Assembly: GCA_038891095.1 (NCBI GenBank)
Contig: JAWAEV010000001.1
Span: forward strand, 164,468-228,467
DNA: 64,000 bases
Direction: 5' to 3'
Source of the DNA: Candidatus Altiarchaeota archaeon
Lineage (GTDB): Archaea; Altiarchaeota; Altiarchaeia; IMC4; QMZM01
The translations under genes were made by a program, and so were the position numbers. The notes under the pieces are model-generated. The model had not been told where the DNA came from. It searched no databases and worked only from the letters and a program-made list of their open reading frames with translations. Of this stretch, positions 57,019 through 64,000 are shown one piece after another. Each line of letters begins with the position of its first letter. Positions within the stretch are counted from its first letter, which is position 1.

Positions 57019-58314
57019 ATGAGGACAAACTACACTTCTGAGATAAATGAAAATTTTGATGGAAAAAAAGTAATCCTCTGTGGTTGGGCCCATGAAATTA
57101 GAAATTTAGGAAAGGTAAAATTTTTGATTCTTCGTGATAGAGATGGTTTTTTGCAAATAACTGCAAAAAAGGAAATTTGCAATGAAAAAATTTTGGATTT
57201 AATAGATAAAATTAGTAGAGAGTCTGTCATTAGAGTTGAGGGTATTGTAAAAAGAAATGCACAAGCTCCTAAGGGTGTAGAACTAATTCCTGAGAAAATT
57301 GAAGTTATTTCATTAGCTGAAACCCCGCTGCCATTAGATGTAACTAAGAAAGTTGATGCTGACATTGATACAAGACTTGATAACAGATTTTTGGATTTAA
57401 GAAAGCTTGAAGTTGCAGCAATTTTTAAATTGCGTGCAAAAATTTTGAATGCTGCAAGAAATTTTCTAATTAGGAATAAATTCATTGAAATTTACACACC
57501 AAAAATCATAACTGCTGCTGCTGAAGGTGGCACAGAACTTTTTCCAGTTTCATACTTTGATAAAGATGCATTTCTTGCACAATCACCTCAGCTTTATAAG
57601 CAAACAATGATGGCAACTGGCTTTGATAGAGTTTTTGAGATTACACCATATTTTAGAGCAGAAGAGCATGATACAAGAAGACATCTAAATGAGATTACTG
57701 CAATTGATATTGAGATGGCTTTTATAAATAGCGAAGAAGAAGTTATGAAAATTCTTGAGGGCATGACAATAGAGATTTTAAATGAGGCTTCAAGATCAGA
57801 AGAGTTAAAATTTTTAAAGAAAAAAGTAAATGTGCCAAAGAAGATTATTAAAATAGAATATGACACTGCCTTGGAATATCTTTCAGAAAAAGGAAAGAAA
57901 ATTCCATGGGGTGAAGACCTTGATAGAGAGGCAGAAAAAATTCTTGGGGAGATAGTAAAAGAGAGATTTGATCAGGAAATTTACTTTTTAGTTCATTATC
58001 CTCTAAAAGCAAAGCCATTTTATACGATGCCACTTAAAGAAAAATACTCAAGATCTTTTGACTTGGAATATAAAGGTGTTGAAATTGCTTCAGGTGGTCA
58101 GAGAATTCATCAGTATGAATTGTTAAAAGAGAGAATCAAAGAGAAGGGACTAAAACCTGAAAATTTTGAATTTTATCTAAAAGTTTTCAGATATGGAATG
58201 CCACCCCATGGAGGTTTTGGTTTTGGAATTGATAGAGTTATGATGCAAATTCTTGACCTTGGAATTAGGGAGGTTGTTTTATTTCCAAGAGACAGAAATA
58301 GACTAACACCTTAA
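57019..58314 (+). CDS. aspS: Aspartate-tRNA ligase, probably non-discriminating
   Basis: RFLDLR, LAQSPQLYKQ, FRAE and GMPPHGG motifs; His in GWAHE and Pro in QAP match archaeal ND-AspRS. Confidence 0.95.
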   Translation: MRTNYTSEINENFDGKKVILCGWAHEIRNLGKVKFLILRDRDGFLQITAKKEICNEKILDLIDKISRESVIRVEGIVKRNAQAPKGVELIPEKIEVISLAETPLPLDVTKKVDADIDTRLDNRFLDLRKLEVAAIFKLRAKILNAARNFLIRNKFIEIYTPKIITAAAEGGTELFPVSYFDKDAFLAQSPQLYKQTMMATGFDRVFEITPYFRAEEHDTRRHLNEITAIDIEMAFINSEEEVMKILEGMTIEILNEASRSEELKFLKKKVNVPKKIIKIEYDTALEYLSEKGKKIPWGEDLDREAEKILGEIVKERFDQEIYFLVHYPLKAKPFYTMPLKEKYSRSFDLEYKGVEIASGGQRIHQYELLKERIKEKGLKPENFEFYLKVFRYGMPPHGGFGFGIDRVMMQILDLGIREVVLFPRDRNRLTP

Positions 58315-58315
58315 A

Positions 58316-59257
58316 ATGGAAACTTGCTTAGTTAGTGGAGGAGCTGGCTTTATAGGTTCATGGCTTTGTGAATCCCTTTTAAAAGATTTTAGAGTTATAT
58401 GCATTGATGATCTTTCATCAGGTAATGAAAAAAACATCTCAACTTTGAAAAAGGATAAAAATTTTAAATTTTTTAAGCATGACATAATAAAAAAATTAAA
58501 AATTTCAGGGAAAATTAACTATGTTTTTCACTTAGCATCAAGAGCTTCACCTATGGATTATCAGACATATCCAATACATACAATGCTCACAAATTCTTTT
58601 GGAACTTACAATATGTTAAATCTTGCAAAAGAAAAAAAAGCAAGATTTCTTTTTTCTTCAACATCAGAAGTTTATGGTGATCCAGTAGAGCATCCTCAGA
58701 AAGAAAGTTACTGGGGAAATGTAAATCCTATTGGCATAAGAGCATGTTATGATGAATCAAAAAGATTTTCTGAAGCATTAACGATGACATTTATGAGAGA
58801 ATTTTCAGTTAATGTTAGAATTGTTAGAATATTTAACACTTACGGCCCAAGAATGAAAGAAGATGATGGTAGGGTTATTTCAAATTTTATAACACAAGCT
58901 TTAAAAGGAAAAGAGATAACTGTTTATGGTAATGGCTCACAAACAAGAAGTTTCTGTTATATATCTGATATGGTTGAAGGAATTACAAAAGCGATGTTCT
59001 CAGATAAAGCTTCTGGCGAGGTTATAAATTTGGGCAACCCAAATGAATTTAAAATTTTAGAACTTGCAAAGTTAGTAAGAAAATTAACAAATTCTCGCTC
59101 TAAGATAATTTTTAGAGATTTACCTGAGGATGATCCAAAAAGAAGATGTCCAAATATCGATAAAGCAAAAAGATTGCTGAACTGGAAACCAAAAGTTTCC
59201 TTAGAAAAAGGCTTAAAGAAAACAATCCAATATTTTAAGAATGAGTTTAATATGTAA
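58316..59257 (+). CDS. UDP-glucuronate decarboxylase-like NAD-dependent epimerase/dehydratase
   Basis: GGAGFIGS, STSEVYGDP..HPQ.ESYWGNVNP, YDESKR and RIFNTYGP motifs. Confidence 0.92.
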   Translation: METCLVSGGAGFIGSWLCESLLKDFRVICIDDLSSGNEKNISTLKKDKNFKFFKHDIIKKLKISGKINYVFHLASRASPMDYQTYPIHTMLTNSFGTYNMLNLAKEKKARFLFSSTSEVYGDPVEHPQKESYWGNVNPIGIRACYDESKRFSEALTMTFMREFSVNVRIVRIFNTYGPRMKEDDGRVISNFITQALKGKEITVYGNGSQTRSFCYISDMVEGITKAMFSDKASGEVINLGNPNEFKILELAKLVRKLTNSRSKIIFRDLPEDDPKRRCPNIDKAKRLLNWKPKVSLEKGLKKTIQYFKNEFNM

Positions 59258-59523
59258 TGAATTATAAGATGTGTGCTAAAAGAACTAAAACGATTGGATT
59301 TTTAGGCAAATATAGAACTCGTGTTGGGCAAAGGCTTAGAGCTTATCTTATGAAAATTGAAACTGCAAAAAGAGAGAGCACTTGCCCAAATTGTGGTAGG
59401 AATGTAAAAAGAAAAAGTAAAGGCATTTGGCTTTGTAAAAAATGCGGTTTAGAGTTTACTGGTGGAGCACACTCTGTGAAGGAAGTAAAAGTTAAAGAAG
59501 AATTAACATCAGAAAAAATTTAA
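59257..59523 (+). CDS. rpl37ae: 50S ribosomal protein eL43 (L37Ae)
   Basis: KRTK..G..G.Y..R.G, CP.C, GIW.C.KC..F.GGA motifs. Confidence 0.93.
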   Translation: MNYKMCAKRTKTIGFLGKYRTRVGQRLRAYLMKIETAKRESTCPNCGRNVKRKSKGIWLCKKCGLEFTGGAHSVKEVKVKEELTSEKI

Positions 59524-59524
59524 A

Positions 59525-59677
59525 ATGGGCTACATCTGTATTGAATGCGGGGCTGAATTTGAATATGATGAGATTTTAAAGCATAAGTTAAAATGTATCA
59601 GTTGCAAAGAGAAAAGATCCAATATATGGATTAAAAAAAGGCCATCAGAGATAAAGAAAACTGTGATTGCAAGATAG
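59525..59677 (+). CDS. rpoP: RNA polymerase subunit Rpo12 (P), 50 aa, absent from the ORF track
   Basis: Hand translation MGYICIECG...KCISC...IWIKKRP...V.AR; follows L37Ae as in other archaea. Confidence 0.85.
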   Translation: MGYICIECGAEFEYDEILKHKLKCISCKEKRSNIWIKKRPSEIKKTVIAR

Positions 59678-59695
59678 GATTCTTCTTAAAAATTT

Positions 59696-59845
59696 CGGAC
59701 CCGCCGGGATTTGAACCCGGGTCAAGGGATAACTCCGAATCACTATAATGTTTCTTTCTTTAGGATGAAACACTTTCTTTCTTTTTTAAAGAAAGAAAGG
59801 GTTCTCCGAAGTCCCTTAGGATAATCCGAACTACCCCACGGGCCC
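59696..59845 (-). tRNA. tRNA-Arg(TCG) with 75-nt intron at 37/38 (intron 59731-59805)
   Basis: Acceptor stem GGGCCCG/CGGGTCC + G73, T-arm CCGGG-TTCAAAT-CCCGG, anticodon stem AGGGA/TCCCT, bulge-helix-bulge (CTTC/GGAG). Confidence 0.93.
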
Positions 59846-59904
59846 TCATTCTTATTTTTTTGATATCCTATTATTATCTTAGTAATTCTAAAACAAAAGT
59901 AGAA

Positions 59905-60528
59905 ATGAGAATGCAAATTTTCGACATTCATATACATTCAAATTACTCTGATGGTGTTAACTCTCCAGAAGAGATTGTGAGGTATGCAAAAAAAATTGGC
60001 TTAAGTGGAATAGCAATCACTGATCATAATGAGATTAGAGGTAGCTTAAAAGCGATGAAATTTCAAGACAAAAATTTTAATGTCATTCCTGGAATTGAGA
60101 TATCAGCAATAGAAGGCCATATTTTAGCTCTTTATGTTAAAGAGAAAATAAGTGCTTTGCTTTCTGCAGAAGAAACAATTGAAATTATCCATAAACTTGG
60201 TGGAATTGCAATTGCTGCCCATCCATATGATTTTTTTAGAGGAGGAGTTAGAGATTTAATTTTTAAGCTAAAATTTGATGCAATTGAAATTGAAAATGGG
60301 CATACTCTATACAGCACAAAAAAACCATCAGAGATAAAGAAATCAAATTTGCCATTAGTTGGTGGTTCTGATGCTCATTCTCTTGATGAGATAGGTAGTG
60401 TTTCAATTTTAGTTCCTGAAAATGAAAATTTAGTAGATGCTATAAAGAATAATTCAGTAGAAATTCTCTCCAAAAGAAGCAAAATAAAAACAATTGGAAA
60501 TTTTTTAAAGCGAAGGATTAGATCTTAG
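59905..60528 (+). CDS. PHP-domain metallophosphoesterase
   Basis: DIHIHS.YSDG, AITDHN, G.EIS..GH, AHP and GSDAH motifs. Confidence 0.9.
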   Translation: MRMQIFDIHIHSNYSDGVNSPEEIVRYAKKIGLSGIAITDHNEIRGSLKAMKFQDKNFNVIPGIEISAIEGHILALYVKEKISALLSAEETIEIIHKLGGIAIAAHPYDFFRGGVRDLIFKLKFDAIEIENGHTLYSTKKPSEIKKSNLPLVGGSDAHSLDEIGSVSILVPENENLVDAIKNNSVEILSKRSKIKTIGNFLKRRIRS

Positions 60529-61383
60529 CTTTAGAATTAATTTATCAGCTCTGTAAGAACTTCTTGTTAATGGTGATGCTAAAACATACTCAAAGCCAAT
60601 TTTATAAGCAACTTTTTCTAACTCTTTAAATTCTTTTAATGTATAAAATTTTTCAACTCTTGCATGCTTTTCTGATGGCGGGATATATTGCCCTATGGTT
60701 AAGAAATCTACTCCTGCTTGTTTTATATCTTTTATTGTTTTGAGAATATCTTCTTTATTTTCACCAAGACCAAGCATAAGACCTGATTTCGTTTTTATTC
60801 CAGGAGAAATTTCCTTTATTTTTCTTAGCAAATTTATTGAAGTAGTATAACTGCTATTTGGCTTTATTTTTTTATGTAATCTCCTGACTATATCAATATT
60901 ATGCCCAAGAACATCTGGATTTGCTTTTACGATTTTTTCTAACGCTTTGTAATTTCCATTTAAATCAGAAATTAGCAATTCAATTTTACAATTTGGTGAG
61001 CTCTTTCTTATTTCTTTAACAACATTAACAAAAACTGAAGCTCCACTATCCTTGAGATCATCTCTTGTAACACATGTTATTACCACGTAGCTTAAATTTA
61101 ATTTTTTTACTATATTCGCAACTTTTTTTGGTTCATCTCTATCAATTCTCTTAGTAATTCCTTTTTTTACATAGCAGAATTTACAACTCCTCGTACAAAT
61201 ATTCCCGAGAATGAGAAAGGTTGCAACTCCATGGGAGAGGCATTCAAAACGATTTGGACAAAGAGCTTCATAGCAGATTGTGTGGAGATTTAAATCAGCA
61301 ATATCCTTAGAAATTTTTTCTATTCTTAATCTTTCTATCTTAGATGGCTTATAAATTTTTATCCAACTTGGATAAATTTGCAT
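60505..61383 (-). CDS. lipA: Lipoyl synthase
   Basis: CX4CX5C and CX3CX2C motifs, RDDL.D, KSGLMLGLGE and RSSY motifs. Confidence 0.95.
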   Translation of the reverse strand: MQIYPSWIKIYKPSKIERLRIEKISKDIADLNLHTICYEALCPNRFECLSHGVATFLILGNICTRSCKFCYVKKGITKRIDRDEPKKVANIVKKLNLSYVVITCVTRDDLKDSGASVFVNVVKEIRKSSPNCKIELLISDLNGNYKALEKIVKANPDVLGHNIDIVRRLHKKIKPNSSYTTSINLLRKIKEISPGIKTKSGLMLGLGENKEDILKTIKDIKQAGVDFLTIGQYIPPSEKHARVEKFYTLKEFKELEKVAYKIGFEYVLASPLTRSSYRADKLILKLRSNPSL

Positions 61384-61445
61384 TTTTTCAATTTTAAGGT
61401 ATATATAGGTGTTTTTGCTAATTTAATAAAAAGAGGTGAGATAAT

Positions 61446-61967
61446 ATGCCATTTATAGATAACATAAAAAGGTCTGTTGCAGCATTGTTTTTTAATGAAA
61501 AATTGATTGTTGAAATTTCAAATGATGAAAAAGCCACAAATTATGGATTTTTAACTTTAGTTATTGCAGGAATTGCATCAGCAATAGCAACATTGGATCC
61601 TATTGGTTTAATTATCTACCCAATCTCAATAATTATTAGTTTTTTCGTAGGATATTCAATTTATCATTTAATAGCTAAATTTTTACTTGGGGGGCAAGCA
61701 ACAGGAGTGCAATATTTCAGAGCTTTGAGCAATGTTTTTGTTGTCTACTGGTTTACATTCATTCCTATTATTGGAATATTTTTGCAGTTTATAGCAGGAT
61801 TATGGATATTAGCATTGAATATATTCATCTTGAATAAGGTACATAAATTATCAATGGTGAAAGCAGTCCTCTTAGGATTACTACCTATAATAGTACTTGT
61901 GTTGATAGTAGTGCTATTCTCAGGAATTTTCCTGTATATGCTCGGATCAAAAGCATTGTTAAGTTGA
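61446..61967 (+). CDS. YIP1-family membrane protein
   Basis: About 5 TM helices, H..AK.LGG, VH.LS..KA; GAGGTGA SD. Confidence 0.75.
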   Translation: MPFIDNIKRSVAALFFNEKLIVEISNDEKATNYGFLTLVIAGIASAIATLDPIGLIIYPISIIISFFVGYSIYHLIAKFLLGGQATGVQYFRALSNVFVVYWFTFIPIIGIFLQFIAGLWILALNIFILNKVHKLSMVKAVLLGLLPIIVLVLIVVLFSGIFLYMLGSKALLS

Positions 61968-62035
61968 ACTCGGCACGCATTCATTAAATAAAGAAAATTT
62001 ATTTTTTGTTTTTTATAAATTCAAAAAAAGTAGAG

Positions 62036-62818
62036 TTAGGGAGCATAGTTAAAATTTTCTAAGGTATCATTTCTTAGCATTTCCCTTATTCTTTCTCTAT
62101 GCATTTTTATCAATCTTAATCTTTCTCCTATTTGAGATTTTATTGTTGATTTTCTATCCTGCAAATAATTTCTTATCTGTTCTTTTAATGCTCTCTTCTC
62201 CTCAACTGTTCCATTTTTTGCAATCTCAAGTATCATGTTCTTGAAATTTCTATTCATGTACCTTATCTGACTTGTGAAATTAAAATTCTCTTTGGAGAGG
62301 TTTCTGAGACAAAACATAACATCTTCATCAGATGCATTTGCTTTTAATTGTGCAATTTTTTCATTCCTTATTCTTGCAAGTTCTCTCAGTGCTACCTGAA
62401 ACATTGCTCTTCTTGTTAAATTCCCTTCATTTGATAAATTTAAGCGATTTCTTATATCTTCCTTTAAAGCGTTTATCTGCCTATTAAAAGCAACTGCAAA
62501 ATCATCAACTTCACCATGATAACCAATCTCCCTTAGAGAAAGTTTCATATTCTGAAATTCAAGTCTTCTTGCTTGATTTAATGCTGAGATTAATTGTCCC
62601 TCTATTGTTGAATTATCAACTTTTTTTTCAATTTTTTCATATCTATTCCTATGTTTTTCTTCTAATCTTTCTAATATTTCTGTCCTATTTTGGGTTAAGC
62701 TACCCTTAATTTGTGAGTTTCTCTCTATATTTCTTTGATTATCGCCCGAGACTCCAAAAACTGCAAATAAAAGAAAACCTATAACTAAAATTGCAAAAAT
62801 TATTTTTTTGTTTTTCAT
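62036..62818 (-). CDS. Secreted helical/coiled-coil protein
   Basis: Signal peptide, R/E-rich helices, many N-x-S/T sequons. Confidence 0.7.
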   Translation of the reverse strand: MKNKKIIFAILVIGFLLFAVFGVSGDNQRNIERNSQIKGSLTQNRTEILERLEEKHRNRYEKIEKKVDNSTIEGQLISALNQARRLEFQNMKLSLREIGYHGEVDDFAVAFNRQINALKEDIRNRLNLSNEGNLTRRAMFQVALRELARIRNEKIAQLKANASDEDVMFCLRNLSKENFNFTSQIRYMNRNFKNMILEIAKNGTVEEKRALKEQIRNYLQDRKSTIKSQIGERLRLIKMHRERIREMLRNDTLENFNYAP

Positions 62819-62830
62819 TTTTAGTTTTAT

Positions 62831-63304
62831 TTAGATTTGTATTAGTTGATCTACATTTTCAGATGGATCTTCAGTGTTAATTATCTTGCATGTATTTTTA
62901 ACATAAAGCTTATAATTATTCCAAGCATTTTTTCTTGCGTTTTTTAAATCTAAATGCGCTTTCTTCCAAGAAACTTTGAAATTTTCCCATGCTTTTCGTA
63001 TAGCTGTCTTTCTCGCTACAGGATCATTAATTTCCCACGCCGCTTTTAGAGAATCCTTTCTAACTTTTAAAGCATTTTGTATGTCATTGCTAAATTTCTC
63101 AAAAGCAGTTATTATTGCAGAATCTCTTGTTTCAATTGCATTTTGCATACAAGTACTGTTAAAAGACCATGTTTTATTTAATTTATATTTATATAACAGC
63201 GGAGTTTTTCCAAATGGTCCTACAGCAGCAGTGGCATTAAAACTAATCATAGCAATTGCAACAAAAACAACAAAACCCAAAAAAATTTTCTCCATTGCTT
63301 TCAT
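62831..63304 (-). CDS. Secreted helical protein with repeated K/N-AW motifs
   Basis: Signal peptide; AAW/KAW/NAW repeats between two Cys; GAGGTGA SD. Confidence 0.7.
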   Translation of the reverse strand: MKAMEKIFLGFVVFVAIAMISFNATAAVGPFGKTPLLYKYKLNKTWSFNSTCMQNAIETRDSAIITAFEKFSNDIQNALKVRKDSLKAAWEINDPVARKTAIRKAWENFKVSWKKAHLDLKNARKNAWNNYKLYVKNTCKIINTEDPSENVDQLIQI

Positions 63305-63331
63305 TTTCAATCACCTCATAAAAAAACAGGA

Positions 63332-63382
63332 ATGAACAACTTAAAAATACTGCTATGAACAAGTTGTTCAATAGATGAACAA
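63332..63382. promoter_or_regulatory. Three ATGAACAA direct repeats including the palindrome TGAACAA-G-TTGTTCA (63356-63370)
   Basis: Seen directly upstream of the secreted-protein pair. Confidence 0.7.
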
Positions 63383-63391
63383 GTAGTGACC

Positions 63392-63709
63392 TTAAGGAAT
63401 AACTTGTATCTTTGACAGTCCTAATTTTTCTAAAATCACAAATCCAAAAATAGCTGCCAATACCAATTTTATAATTATAAACAAGACGATCGCCACTATT
63501 ATGCCCAAAGCCAACCCAAACCCAAATTTTAATCCAGAGCGTACAGAAAATTCATGTTTAATGATTATCAACTTATGTTCTATTCTGATTTTTTCTTCTG
63601 CTTCTTTGAGTTCTTTTTCTGTTAGTAGCTTAGGTCGAAAGTAATATGCTAATGATAACAGAATGATTGCCAAAGCTACTAAATATAAAATTAGAATTAT
63701 AGTATCCGT
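63392..63709 (-). CDS. Small membrane protein; the frame extends past the annotated TTG to an ACG codon
   Basis: Hydrophobic N-terminal helix continues in frame upstream of 63673. Confidence 0.5.
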   Translation of the reverse strand, partial: TDTIILILYLVALAIILLSLAYYFRPKLLTEKELKEAEEKIRIEHKLIIIKHEFSVRSGLKFGFGLALGIIVAIVLFIIIKLVLAAIFGFVILEKLGLSKIQVIP

Positions 63710-63770
63710 CCTTCTTTTATTTTATTTTAGAAAATGAATTTAAATTATTCTTTTTTTAAAGCTTAACTAA

Positions 63771-64000
63771 CTATAACGCCTTAAACCATTCACTAAGCTC
63801 AACTTCATGGGTCCATTCGCTTTTATCAACCTGGAGAATATTCTTTCTCTCTAAATTATTTATTGCAACTGATAAACTTGACTTTGGGATTCCAGAAATT
63901 TTTTCTAACTCATTTCTTAGCATTTTACCATTATGCTCAAGTAGAACGGTAATAATTTTAATTTCATTGCCTGAAAGGGTTTTCATAACATTTCTTTTAC
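63771..64000 (-). CDS. C-terminal winged-HTH part of a regulator (5' end outside the window)
   Basis: L...E..I...L..H.G, EL...SG.PKSSLS..I..LE.K.I; frame open to the window end. Confidence 0.75.
   Translation of the reverse strand, partial: KRNVMKTLSGNEIKIITVLLEHNGKMLRNELEKISGIPKSSLSVAINNLERKNILQVDKSEWTHEVELSEWFKAL

Noticed and set aside
59743-59937. 64-aa minus-strand ORF
   Set aside because: It overlaps the tRNA-Arg gene and is spurious.
1-64000. Transposases, integrases, proviral genes or rRNA
   Set aside because: None recognised, and no tRNA-end duplication suggesting an att site was seen.

Overview
AT-rich archaeal chromosomal segment. Archaeal markers are TFB, Orc1/Cdc6, Alba, Nop5, Rpo4/Rpo12, eL21/eL43 and a BHB-intron tRNA. 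The class III signal-peptide 'TYGW' pilins suggest a DPANN/Altiarchaeota-like host, which is inference only. Most of the window is housekeeping genes, with three accessory blocks. (1) At 14-26 kb, a sulfur/thio-modification and metal-response region (CBS, CGL, Cys-type Thi4, IscS, ThiI-like, TtuA-like, ArsR operon, cytochrome b5-like) with clear palindromic operators. (2) At 38-50.6 kb, a complete type III-A CRISPR-Cas locus: 30 repeats and 29 spacers, I-B-like cas1/cas2 without cas4, a CARF-wHTH regulator, cas10-csm2-5, an embedded MNT-HEPN pair, a CARF-HEPN effector and a cas6 coupled to rfcS. (3) At 62-64 kb, secreted helical proteins under a repeated operator. The most unusual signals are the MNT-HEPN pair joined to the csm operon through a 26-codon relic of a second csm5 3' end, a palindrome in front of the CARF-HTH gene, and spacers that are strand-biased, often end at the base of an inverted repeat, and include pairs that hit the same spot of apparently homologous target genes. 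All calls come from reading motifs by eye; no searches were run.
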